64,000 bases of DNA from a virus (IMGVR_UViG_3300035703_000088:1460-65459); one strand, 5' to 3'. Positions 28,261 through 37,065 are shown, counted from the first letter of the stretch. Made by a program: numbers and translations. The notes: generated by a model from the letters alone, not told the origin.

Positions 28261-30371
28261 TTACCTTTGGCCTCCGACCATGAGTTTGCTGAGTGGCAAG
28301 ATACTTTGAGTGGTATACCTTCAATGACCCGCCCGTGACCCATGGCGTCCACCATTACTTGTTGTGCTTCCTCCACGCAGTTATCGGGAACAGCGACGAC
28401 TAACTCGTCGTGGACCTGCACCAATATTTTAGCGTTAAAGGGTTTTAGTGCTTCGTGGACATCAATCATAGCAATCTTACAAATGTCAGCGGCTGACCCC
28501 TGTACGATGGCGTTAATCGCTTGGCGCTCCGCACGAGCACGAAGCGACTCGTCGGTACTATGAAGTTCGGACAGCCGACGCCGTCTGCCAGACAATGTGG
28601 TTACATACCCACGCTGTCTTGCTTTGATAATCTCAGTGGCTTTCCATGAAGAAATGCCACTAAATTGCCTGTAGTAGTTGTTAATTACTTCTCTAGCACG
28701 TTGTTCGGTAATTCCTGTTGTTCGTGCAAGTTTCTGAGCACCGCCACCGTAGGCGGTGAGGAAGTTAACGCCCTTACCTAACTGTCGCTCTTCAGAAGTA
28801 ACCTCATCAGGGCGCTTGCCGAGCACCAGAGCCGCCGCTCCGGCGTGAATGTCTTGTTCCTGAAGGAAGAACTTACTCATGTTCTTATCCTTGGAGAACA
28901 TACACATAACCCGTAGTTCAATCTGGTCGTAGTCAGCCACGAGAAGAGTGTGGTTGGCGGGGGCGACAAACAGGCTCCTGATCGTGGAGTCACGAGGGAT
29001 GTTTTGCAGGTTTGGGCTACTGGATGAGAGTCGTCCGGTCGCCGTGCGGTGCAGGTGGAAGGACGGGTGTAGGCAGTTGTTCACCAGTTTGAGGAGCAGA
29101 CCGTCAACGTAAGTTGATTTCGTCTTCTTGAGTTCCTGCCACTCCAGCAACATGGGAATAAGTGGGTGGGCGTTTTCCAAGTAGCGCAATGCCTCTTCGT
29201 CAACAGAGTTGGCACCCTTGTTGGTCTTTTTGTGGGACTTGAGCCCAAGACCGCCAGCGGACTTCTTGGTAAACAGGAGTTCTTGCTTACTCTTATTACT
29301 ATCCGGATTAAATCCGGGCGGGGTGTGCTTGCTCATCTGAAGGAGCAAGTCACGCATCTTCCCGTCCAGTTCACGCCCAAGAATGACCATGGCGCTCTTG
29401 GTCACCGGAATGCCTTCATCCTCCATGTCCATGAGGACTCGGAGAACGAGCATGTCCTGCTCCAAGGCGTTGCGTAGCCCCTCACGGTTTTTGATCTTGC
29501 GCCACAACCGTTTGTACAACGTCCATGTCCAGCGGACATCTAGGTGGACGTAACGGGTGGCTTTGGAGAACGGCACATGATCAATGATCTTGCCCAGTTT
29601 GCCGTCTCGGTAATAGGCGTCGTGGCCACCGTAGTTGTGAGCAATCAGGTCTGTCAGACCGTAGCCACGCAGGTTCTCATTGACGATGTGTTGCATGACC
29701 ATTGTGTCCATAAAGCCCGACATGGGCAGTGTGCTGGACAGGTACTTGCGGATTGAGCGAGCGTCAAACTTGACGTTGTGCCCAACCTTGATGATGTCGG
29801 GGTCAGAGAACAACGGTTCTAAGCAGGTGAATACATCTGACCGCTGTAACTGGGCCGGAGGTTCTGAGAATACTGCGGGTATGTGGTACCGAGCCTTGGC
29901 TTCGGACTCAGACCCGTCTTTAAGAAGTTTGCGATAACCCGGTGGTGGCACCGTGGAGCCGTCACCCGTCTCTTCGGGAACGATGATCTCCCCGTGTGAG
30001 TGCCCCATAGGTATCGCCCATGAGTGCCCGTCCGTGGCTATACCAATCCAGAAGACTTCATTGCGTAGAGGGTCAAGGGCAAGTATCTCCCGCCACTTTT
30101 GCATGAGCCGTTCACGGGTGGCCTCACGCACAGACGGCGACTTAGAAACCATCGTAGATAGATGGTCCTGTAACTCGGTATTGAATGCATCCATAGCGTC
30201 TTTATGACGCTCAACAACACCACGGGTCTCTACGTCAAAGGCAAATGCCCCAACACCTCGGACAATCTCAACAAGGCGATGAAGTTCCTCTACCGTAGAA
30301 ACCACTGAGGGAGGGGAACTGAGTCCCCTCCCTCTCGGGTCTTGTTCGGGTGTTAGACCCGACACGGTCAC
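28257..30371 (-). CDS. polA: Family A DNA polymerase with 3'-5' exonuclease
   Basis: FDVET, GHNVKFD, TGRLSSSSPNLQNIPR, ADYDQIELR, KGVNFLTAYG, QVHDEL. Start uncertain because a stem-loop lies at 30307-30334. Confidence 0.95.
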   Translation of the reverse strand: MTVSGLTPEQDPRGRGLSSPPSVVSTVEELHRLVEIVRGVGAFAFDVETRGVVERHKDAMDAFNTELQDHLSTMVSKSPSVREATRERLMQKWREILALDPLRNEVFWIGIATDGHSWAIPMGHSHGEIIVPEETGDGSTVPPPGYRKLLKDGSESEAKARYHIPAVFSEPPAQLQRSDVFTCLEPLFSDPDIIKVGHNVKFDARSIRKYLSSTLPMSGFMDTMVMQHIVNENLRGYGLTDLIAHNYGGHDAYYRDGKLGKIIDHVPFSKATRYVHLDVRWTWTLYKRLWRKIKNREGLRNALEQDMLVLRVLMDMEDEGIPVTKSAMVILGRELDGKMRDLLLQMSKHTPPGFNPDSNKSKQELLFTKKSAGGLGLKSHKKTNKGANSVDEEALRYLENAHPLIPMLLEWQELKKTKSTYVDGLLLKLVNNCLHPSFHLHRTATGRLSSSSPNLQNIPRDSTIRSLFVAPANHTLLVADYDQIELRVMCMFSKDKNMSKFFLQEQDIHAGAAALVLGKRPDEVTSEERQLGKGVNFLTAYGGGAQKLARTTGITEQRAREVINNYYRQFSGISSWKATEIIKARQRGYVTTLSGRRRRLSELHSTDESLRARAERQAINAIVQGSAADICKIAMIDVHEALKPFNAKILVQVHDELVVAVPDNCVEEAQQVMVDAMGHGRVIEGIPLKVSCHSANSWSEAKGK

Positions 30372-31102
30372 TCGTCTTCAGCGATGACGCCGAGGAGCGA
30401 TGAGCGCGTGGGAATCGGCACAATCTCGTCGGTGTAGGCCAACTTGAGGAAGTGGTTGAGCATGTCTTCCGTCAGGTCAATCACACCCCACTCTTCCTCA
30501 AGGTCACGAGCCTTGACCAACTGATGGTTGGTTGCGGTCGTGGCACCCTTACCGGAGCGACTGATCGCCCAGTAGTGCTTCGGCAACGGTCCCTGACGGG
30601 GGTCGTCGTTGAAGTTCTTCAACTGATCAATGGCACGGGAACCGACCTCGTAGGAGCGGAGGACCGGGTCTTCGCCGGGGGTCAACAAGACCACGTTGAA
30701 CGCAAACTTGTTGCTCGGGCGGTTGCCAGAGTCGCACAACGGGCAACCCTTGGGGTCAATGTTGCCGATGCAGGTGAAGGACTTCTGTCCGGTGCGCTCC
30801 ACCCAGTGCTGGCGATACGCCGCATAGGGGGCCGCTTCAAGGAACTTCACGATGATGGGCTCTTCCGAGACCTTGAGGCGCTGGGCGTAGGAGGAGTCCG
30901 AAACATCGGACTTCAACTGCTTGACGCCTTCCCAACCGCCACGAATCACTCGGCGGGGGGCAGGCTCGGAGGCACGGGGTGCGCTGGCCTTGCGGACAGG
31001 GGCATCGTCGTCATCGTCCTGATCGTCAACAACACGCAAGCGCCGAGGCGCTTCGTACTGTTCTTCGTCTTTCTCAAATTCGTCGTCGTCGTACTTGGGC
31101 AT
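30368..31102 (-). CDS. ssb: Single-stranded DNA-binding protein (T4 gp32-like, Zn-binding)
   Basis: QHW...FTC...CPLC...FAFNVV; replication context; CA-rich leader. Confidence 0.75.
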   Translation of the reverse strand: MPKYDDDEFEKDEEQYEAPRRLRVVDDQDDDDDAPVRKASAPRASEPAPRRVIRGGWEGVKQLKSDVSDSSYAQRLKVSEEPIIVKFLEAAPYAAYRQHWVERTGQKSFTCIGNIDPKGCPLCDSGNRPSNKFAFNVVLLTPGEDPVLRSYEVGSRAIDQLKNFNDDPRQGPLPKHYWAISRSGKGATTATNHQLVKARDLEEEWGVIDLTEDMLNHFLKLAYTDEIVPIPTRSSLLGVIAEDE

Positions 31103-31173
31103 GATGTGTGTCTTTCTCGTGTGTGTTTGTGTTTGTGTTGGTTACTCGGAGGCCACGGTGTGGCCACCTGAGT

Positions 31174-31602
31174 CTATTTCGGCCAATGGGTTATGGCGTA
31201 GGTCTTGAACGCTTCCCAATGCTCGGAGTTTTTGTTGTCCAAGTTGAAGCGCACGATACAGTCTTTCAGGAACTCTACCTGTGCTCGGCTGTAAAGGCGC
31301 CTCCCTTTCGGAACTTTTCCCGGAAGTTGGTTCTTCCGAGGTGCTGGCGATCTGTATGTGGCTCTCGGTATCCACCCTTGGTTCTCCCACATCCGTAATG
31401 TGCTGGCGGTGCGCCCAAGTGCTCGGGCGGCTTCACCGATGGAGAACATCTCAATGTCCTCACCGTTGATGCGGTACATCTTAGATCGGGCACCGTTGGT
31501 CGTGTCAAGGGCTACGGGAACAGACTTTGTTCGGTTTTTGGGTGGGCGAGACCCCGGCCAGTCCGGCAGGTCACCCAACATGTCAAGTGGGTCAGGAGCC
31601 AT
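31174..31602 (-). CDS. MerR-type HTH DNA-binding protein
   Basis: FSIGEAARALGRTASTLRMWENQGWIP...RRLYS. Confidence 0.85.
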   Translation of the reverse strand: MAPDPLDMLGDLPDWPGSRPPKNRTKSVPVALDTTNGARSKMYRINGEDIEMFSIGEAARALGRTASTLRMWENQGWIPRATYRSPAPRKNQLPGKVPKGRRLYSRAQVEFLKDCIVRFNLDNKNSEHWEAFKTYAITHWPK

Positions 31603-31754
31603 GTCGTTATTCCTCTAGTGCGTGGCTAGTTGTTCGTAAAGGGACTCACACCACATGATGAGTCGGGCCCTTTCCTCCAAAGTAACTGCGTGCTCCCCTG
31701 AGACCAATGCTGAAGCAAGGTTACTCGGGGGACAGACACTGATTACGCGCAACA

Positions 31755-31774
31755 AATTGACAATAGTGTCAATT
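31755..31774. promoter_or_regulatory. AT-rich dyad AATTGACA-ATAG-TGTCAATT (operator/-35 candidate)
   Basis: 8-bp inverted repeat carrying TTGACA on both strands, upstream of the MerR-like gene. Confidence 0.5.
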
Positions 31775-31781
31775 GTGAGAA

Positions 31782-31961
31782 TCAACTCGGGGGTGCTTTT
31801 GGCTTTGGAAACGGCTTTGTCGTTGGAGCCATACTGACTGCTCCACCAGTGTGGCGGGAACAGGTCGGAGGTCCAATCGTCTGCACCATCGTCTCCACTA
31901 GAGTTCCACATTTCGGACATTCCCATCTCCCCGGAGGTGTTCGTTCTTCATTTTTGGGCAC
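31782..31961 (-). CDS. Small Zn-binding protein (WECPKC...CSRH)
   Basis: 59 aa read manually; strong RBS AAGGAGG before GTG. Confidence 0.6.
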   Translation of the reverse strand: MPKNEERTPPGRWECPKCGTLVETMVQTIGPPTCSRHTGGAVSMAPTTKPFPKPKAPPS

Positions 31962-32000
31962 GGCGTACTACCTCCTTATCGGGTGTAAGGATAGCAGTTA

Positions 32001-32435
32001 TTACTTTTTGGGCTCTATTACCTTAAATGCCCATGTTTCTTTCTCTTTGTACAGCCCTTGAATCTCAACTTGCAGTTCAGGGCGCTCAACCGCCACGGTG
32101 GCAAGGGCATCTTCGTCAAGCATACGAACCGGGATGGAAATCTCCTCCCAAAGATCGTTGGCTTGTGCCCAGTCTTGCGCCGCAGAGTGGTCCAAGTTGA
32201 TGGAGACTCGGCGCTCACGCTTGAGTTGCACTCCGGAAGCAACCTCAATCCACTTGTGTCCGACATGATCGGTGTATCCGTCAATGTCCACGATGTTGGA
32301 CAGTTCCTTCTTCATTTCCTCGGTGCGCTTTACCGCGGCGTCGCTGAACTCCTTGGCCTTGACGTACTCGTCAACAAGCCGAGACAAATAAGCCTCGTCT
32401 GTGGGCTCAGGGCTTTGGCGAATAATCTTGGGCAT
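32001..32435 (-). CDS. Hypothetical protein (Gp157/Gam-like architecture)
   Basis: RBS AAGGAG; helical N-terminus; ends ETWAFKV. Confidence 0.6.
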   Translation of the reverse strand: MPKIIRQSPEPTDEAYLSRLVDEYVKAKEFSDAAVKRTEEMKKELSNIVDIDGYTDHVGHKWIEVASGVQLKRERRVSINLDHSAAQDWAQANDLWEEISIPVRMLDEDALATVAVERPELQVEIQGLYKEKETWAFKVIEPKK

Positions 32436-32459
32436 TGGTGTCTCCTTTGGTAGTTGTGG

Positions 32460-33383
32460 TTACAGATTCCATGGCAGAACTCGGGACGCAGAAGTGAATC
32501 CCTCAGCCATTTCACGAGCAGTCATATCCCCGATGTCCTTCGCTGAAGTACCGGAGTAGTTCCACCATAGCGTGCCTCGTCGGAAATGTGGCAGACGGTT
32601 AAACAAAGATTTGCTGGAGCGGATGCCTGCTTCATCGTTATCCATAGCGATGATGACACGGTCTGCCACCGTTGATAGCAAACTAAGTTGCTTGTCTGAA
32701 ACAGCGGCCCCGAAGGTTGCTAAGGCTTGTGGCTTTTCAAAGACGCTGGCAAACCGGACAACGTCCAGAGGTGACTCCACCAGTACCGCAGTACCGCCGA
32801 GGAACCGCTCAATCCCAAACAGGCTGTCAGACTTCTTGACGCCAACTGGAAAGTTACGCACCCAGCCGTGTGCCTTTGTCTGCCAGCCCTGTAGGTCGCC
32901 AAACTGGTTGACGATAGGAATAATCCACGCCTTATTCATGGTGTCCCAACGAACGCCATGCATGAGCACTTGCTCGGCGTCAAGCCCACGCTTATCCATC
33001 GCAGACTCCGGTGGCATCACAAATTTGGAGAAGGACACCCAGTCAATGTCGGGCTTCTTCGCTGGAGCCTCAACGCCAAGCGTGAGCCTTTCCAAGTTGC
33101 GGTCAATCAGGAAGTGGTGCACCGCCATGATGGCGTCGGGCTCACCCGTGAGTTCTGACACCAGCATGCTGAGGGTGCCTCGGGCGCCACAAGAAAAGCA
33201 AATCCAAAGACCCGTCTGTGCGTTCATGCTCCACGAAGGGGAGCCGTCTTCCCGACCCGTGACACGGCGGTGTACCGGACACCGACCTGAGATTTCTCTT
33301 CCGTCAGCACGGCGAACGTCTACGCCGATGCTCTTGAGAACGGAAGCAAGATCAGTCAAATGCGTCTCCGACACCGTAGCCAT
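32460..33383 (-). CDS. dnaG: DNA primase (CHC2 Zn finger + Toprim)
   Basis: CPVH...CFSC; LVESPLD; MDNDEAG; KDIGD. Confidence 0.9.
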   Translation of the reverse strand: MATVSETHLTDLASVLKSIGVDVRRADGREISGRCPVHRRVTGREDGSPSWSMNAQTGLWICFSCGARGTLSMLVSELTGEPDAIMAVHHFLIDRNLERLTLGVEAPAKKPDIDWVSFSKFVMPPESAMDKRGLDAEQVLMHGVRWDTMNKAWIIPIVNQFGDLQGWQTKAHGWVRNFPVGVKKSDSLFGIERFLGGTAVLVESPLDVVRFASVFEKPQALATFGAAVSDKQLSLLSTVADRVIIAMDNDEAGIRSSKSLFNRLPHFRRGTLWWNYSGTSAKDIGDMTAREMAEGFTSASRVLPWNL

Positions 33384-34605
33384 CAGCAGTCACCTCCGAA
33401 AAGTCCATGTTCTCCCAGTCCCATTTGATGTGCACTTCTCCGGTTGGTGCGGTACGGGCCGCAACAACACGGATGATGGCTTGGTCATCCAAGTCAGGGT
33501 TGCGCTCAACACCGAGCACGAGGTCGGCGTCTTGAACGAACGATGACGAGTAGCCGATGGCATCGGCGGTGATGGCACGAGTTTTCTTGTTGTTCAACTT
33601 CCACGAGAGGGCTTGTGTCGTGGAGACGATGGGGATGTCCAACTTCTGCGCCATGCGCTTGAGCCCACGGGTGATGTTGGTCAGCGCTTGTGGAGAACCC
33701 TTGGGCTCTCCCTCCTCGTCGTCCATGAGGTACACGCCGTCAACCACGAGAAGATCGGGTTGGTACTCCTTGGCTTTGCCCATGAGCGCTGAGATCGTCG
33801 TGAGCGATGAGGTGTCTTCGCTGAAGATGAACGGTTGCATATTCTTGCGTACTCGCAAGGCTTTGGAGATGCGCTCCATCTCTGTCTTCGTAAGATCGCC
33901 ACGGAGAATCTTGTTGTACGGCGTCTTGGAGATGATTGCGTCGTAGCGAGCCTCTTGCTCTTCAATGCTCATCTCAAACGAAACGAACATCGGGGTCTTG
34001 CCGTGAACGTGGCAGGAGTTGGCGATGATGAGTGCGAACAACGATTTACCACGCTTGGGCTCACCAACGAACACGATGTACTGCTGTGGGCGCAGGCCCG
34101 AGGTGATGCGGTCAAGCCCGTAGAAGCCGGTGGGAATACCACGGAGTGCATTCGGTGTGTTACGCATCTCTTCGTAACGAGCAACACGAGACTCCCAGTT
34201 TTGGATGATGTCAACGTCCCGCATACGGGACACTTCAACGGAGGCGGTCTGCACTCCGGAGGACAGGTGCTCAAGTGCGTCCTTTGTCTTGCCCTCGTTG
34301 ATGAGCGGCATGACTTCAGAGATGACCTCAACGAGGCGGTGCTGGGTGTGCGCTTGAAAGATTTCGTCAATCAAGCGAGAGAACGGTTCGGCCTCAGCGT
34401 CGTACAACTGAATGTCGGCGTACTGCGTCTTGAACACTCGTGGCGTGGGCACCGTGCCGTGAGTGCGGTAGAACTCGGTGAGCCACATCCACACTTCCGA
34501 CCATGCGCCAGTCAGGTGTTCAAACTTGAGACCCGCCTTGATGGGCGTGGAGATGTCCGAAGTCTGGATGACTTTAGAAATCAGCAAATGTTCCGGCGAC
34601 GCCAT
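33352..34605 (-). CDS. dnaB: DnaB-like replicative helicase
   Basis: GIPTGF, GEPKRGKS, SFEMS, VVDGVYLM, QDAD. Confidence 0.92.
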   Translation of the reverse strand: MASPEHLLISKVIQTSDISTPIKAGLKFEHLTGAWSEVWMWLTEFYRTHGTVPTPRVFKTQYADIQLYDAEAEPFSRLIDEIFQAHTQHRLVEVISEVMPLINEGKTKDALEHLSSGVQTASVEVSRMRDVDIIQNWESRVARYEEMRNTPNALRGIPTGFYGLDRITSGLRPQQYIVFVGEPKRGKSLFALIIANSCHVHGKTPMFVSFEMSIEEQEARYDAIISKTPYNKILRGDLTKTEMERISKALRVRKNMQPFIFSEDTSSLTTISALMGKAKEYQPDLLVVDGVYLMDDEEGEPKGSPQALTNITRGLKRMAQKLDIPIVSTTQALSWKLNNKKTRAITADAIGYSSSFVQDADLVLGVERNPDLDDQAIIRVVAARTAPTGEVHIKWDWENMDFSEVTADGYGVGDAFD

Positions 34606-34607
34606 GA

Positions 34608-35042
34608 CTACCATGCCCTTTCAGAGCCGAGCACTGTAGCACGGATGCCGAGGATTGCCTGCTCTTCTTGCGTCGGAACGTAGATGACACGCACGCTTCT
34701 GTTGTACCGCAGGTCATCTGCGAGCGCTTCAATGTCCGTGTAGGACTCAACCGGCGTGGAGATGCCCTTGCGAATCAGCCAATGCTCAATGGCGTCAATG
34801 GCCTCGGGGGGCATGAACGTGTACACGATGGTTCCGATACCACGGCGGTTGACCGAGTCAGCAAGAGACTTCAAAGGCAACTCACTCGGCTTCATAGCGT
34901 TGATGACTGTCTTCCAGTCACCCGTGCGTTGCGCTACTCGTGTGCGCCACGACTTCAATCCCTCGGGAGGGTTGGCGAGCACGCCCTCAAAGATGACGGC
35001 TTGCTGTAGCGGTGCAAATGCGGCGAGATCGTTGCCTTCCAT
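34608..35042 (-). CDS. Hypothetical protein (possible degenerate HAD fold)
   Basis: VIFEGVL N-terminus; lies between loader and helicase. Confidence 0.55.
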   Translation of the reverse strand: MEGNDLAAFAPLQQAVIFEGVLANPPEGLKSWRTRVAQRTGDWKTVINAMKPSELPLKSLADSVNRRGIGTIVYTFMPPEAIDAIEHWLIRKGISTPVESYTDIEALADDLRYNRSVRVIYVPTQEEQAILGIRATVLGSERAW

Positions 35043-35662
35043 CACGCCACCCGAACGATTGTCATGTCTTCAAGAACCGAAGCCACCCGATCTCCGTACC
35101 GACGAATGAACTCGGTGGGCGACAAGTGCGTTGTCACAATGGTGGCACGGCAATCCTCGTTACGCCGACGCAACAGGCTCCCGATTTCGTGGTACGAAAA
35201 CTCGGTGGCTCGCTCTTGCCCAACAGCGTCCAACACAATGATGTCAAACACGCCCTTGAGGTACTTGACGATGTGAGGCATGGAGTACATCTCGGGCAAC
35301 TCGTTGTCGTTGTCAAACTGGTCCTTGAGCATCTCAACGTAGCGCTCAGCAGTGATGAACCTGCCGGACATTTTGTGAGAAGTGAGGATGTGGCGAAGGA
35401 GACCGACAGCAGTGGGTGTCTTACCGCAACCACTCGGCCCATGAAGGAACAGCCCGTTGCTGTCGGCCAACCCGTTGCTGTCGGCTTTGAATCCGAGGAA
35501 CTCCCCAATCGCATAAGAGTTCGTAGACGACAACCTGCTTGGCATGTACATTGCCGAGTTCCATCGCGGTGGGAGATGCGCCCATGTCAACCGCTCTTCA
35601 AGAGAACGGTTCTGCCACCAACGTGCTGACTTCCATTCTGTGGGCGGTGATCCTACGGTCAC
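35042..35662 (-). CDS. DnaC/IstB-like helicase-loader ATPase
   Basis: LHGPSGCGKT, IVLDAVGQE, LLRRR...TIVTTH, DRVAS. Confidence 0.85.
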   Translation of the reverse strand: MTVGSPPTEWKSARWWQNRSLEERLTWAHLPPRWNSAMYMPSRLSSTNSYAIGEFLGFKADSNGLADSNGLFLHGPSGCGKTPTAVGLLRHILTSHKMSGRFITAERYVEMLKDQFDNDNELPEMYSMPHIVKYLKGVFDIIVLDAVGQERATEFSYHEIGSLLRRRNEDCRATIVTTHLSPTEFIRRYGDRVASVLEDMTIVRVA

Positions 35663-36876
35663 TGGGTTCTCCTGATTTGCTGGTAGTGCGCTACGGCTTG
35701 GCGAAGCGAAGCGGTGGGTTTGCGGAGAGTACCATGCCCCATGAGGTCCGTGGGGACATTCACGCCATGGGCGTTCAGTTGCTCCACCGCTGAGGCGTCT
35801 CCGGGTTCGCTCAACAGCGTGCTCGCACAGAGCAAAAGCGTGGCCAGAACGTCAGTACCGTCCGGATGCGCCGAGGCGTCGTACTCGGGAATGATCACGA
35901 TGTCTGCAAGGAGTTCGGGGTAGGTGTACGCCAAGTCCATCGCTCGGCGCCAAACCAGTTTCCGGATGCGGGAGTTGATCTCCTCGTCCCACGGCAGGAC
36001 GTCGGTGTACTCAAACTCGTCGGCAACCCACCCGAGGATCGGGCTGACGGCAATGATCTCCGTGGTTTCGGCTAGCAGGGATGCCTGAACGCTGGTGGCG
36101 CAGAAGGACTTCCACGGGGTACTGGACTCCACGTTCCGAGAGAAGGTGAAGAACTTGTCAATCATGCGCTGGAGATCGGCGGGGGTCACTCCGTTTTTCA
36201 GGAGGCGCTTGAGTTGAATCCTGAAGGCGGGGCGGTCCTTTACAGCCACGGGGGTACCCCCAACCTGACGCGCCACGAAGTTGAAGTGCTGGAGCACATC
36301 GGTCGTGTCGTGGGCCAACTTCTCCAACGCAGGGGTCTCATCCCATTCTCTAGTGTCATCGGGGTCAGCGCCGAAAATAGGCATAGATTGTTCTCCTTCG
36401 TAAAATGGGCGAAGCCCACAAAGGGAAATGTCTTTAGACATTTCCCTTTGTACTATGTCTCTAATACTATCTCTACTATGGAATTCGCCCTGCTCAGGGG
36501 CTCGGGGTGGGGTCATGGGTGACCCCCCTGATGGGTCATGGGTGACCCCCCCTTGGGGTAGGGTGGGGTCACTGGTGACCCCCCTCTTGGGTGGCTTGAA
36601 GCGCACAACGATGTGCTTCCCACGGTTTCCCGACAGGCGCTCAGACGAGATAATCCCGGCTGATTCCAGCCACCGAAGAGAACGCTTGACCGTCTCGGGG
36701 GACATCCCCGACGACTTGGCGATACCGGCAACCGTCAAAGGCTTGGCACCAGACAATGGCGTCAAGCGGATGACGGTCATCAAGATGTGCGTGTGCGTTG
36801 GCGTTCCACGCTTGCTGATGAGGTCAAATGCCCATATTGGCATTGGGGCAAACGGCCCCTGAATCTTGTTGGTCAA
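35659..36876 (-). CDS. Replication initiator (N-terminal wHTH, lambda O-like position)
   Basis: TVAGIAKSSGMSPETVKRSLRWLESAGII; directly upstream of loader/helicase/primase; contains iterons; TTG start after GAGGAG. Confidence 0.75.
   Translation of the reverse strand: MTNKIQGPFAPMPIWAFDLISKRGTPTHTHILMTVIRLTPLSGAKPLTVAGIAKSSGMSPETVKRSLRWLESAGIISSERLSGNRGKHIVVRFKPPKRGVTSDPTLPQGGVTHDPSGGSPMTPPRAPEQGEFHSRDSIRDIVQREMSKDISLCGLRPFYEGEQSMPIFGADPDDTREWDETPALEKLAHDTTDVLQHFNFVARQVGGTPVAVKDRPAFRIQLKRLLKNGVTPADLQRMIDKFFTFSRNVESSTPWKSFCATSVQASLLAETTEIIAVSPILGWVADEFEYTDVLPWDEEINSRIRKLVWRRAMDLAYTYPELLADIVIIPEYDASAHPDGTDVLATLLLCASTLLSEPGDASAVEQLNAHGVNVPTDLMGHGTLRKPTASLRQAVAHYQQIRRTQ
36418..36584. repeat. Putative replication origin: 3 iterons + AT-rich tract + 16-bp perfect inverted repeat
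   Basis: GGGTCA(TG/CT)GGTGACCCCCC at 36510, 36533, 36566; ACAAAGGGAAATGTCT-TT-AGACATTTCCCTTTGT at 36418-36451. Confidence 0.75.
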
Positions 36877-36928
36877 CGGTGGCTCCTCGGTGTGGCCGAG
36901 ACTATACACACAAACCGGTCGCCAAGTG

Positions 36929-36957
36929 TTGCATACACCGATTGTTGGGGCTAATCT
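36929..36957 (+). promoter_or_regulatory. Sigma70-type promoter for the sRNA/dps island
   Basis: TTGCAT-17 nt-TAATCT; a divergent TATAGT -10 for the initiator lies on the - strand at 36901-36906. Confidence 0.65.
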
Positions 36958-36963
36958 TCGCTC

Positions 36964-37065
36964 ACCGAGTTGGTGGTTCTCCTCGGTAACCGGTTTGTCC
37001 GGTGGTGGTTAAACAGGCTGGGGCGCTTTGGTGTAGAGTTACTGAGGCGCCCCAGCCCTGTTTTT
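36964..37065 (+). ncRNA. Candidate ~102-nt trans-acting antisense sRNA (or structured dps leader)
   Basis: Starts 7 nt after the -10; hairpin ACCGAG/CTCGGT with loop TTGGTGGTTCTC; second hairpin; terminal 11-bp stem + TTTTT; no ORF; complementary to early-gene RBS leaders. Confidence 0.6.
37011..37065 (+). terminator. Intrinsic terminator/attenuator just upstream of the dps RBS
   Basis: GGCTGGGGCGC...GCGCCCCAGCC followed by CTGTTTTT. Confidence 0.7.

Noticed and set aside
28257-30371. Intein or intron in the polymerase, helicase or RecA
   Set aside because: Lengths are normal, with no C/S...HN splice motifs or LAGLIDADG blocks; the exonuclease-domain inserts are short.
31615-31926. 103-aa ORF from the track as a real gene
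   Set aside because: A different frame (31782-31961) has a strong RBS and a Zn motif, and the track ORF runs through an AT-rich dyad that looks regulatory.
36961-37010. Minus-strand AGGAGAACCACCA as a true RBS for the initiator
   Set aside because: It is followed by ACTC rather than a start codon, and the nearest GTG opens only a 4-codon ORF; the initiator has its own GAGGAG at 36883-36888.
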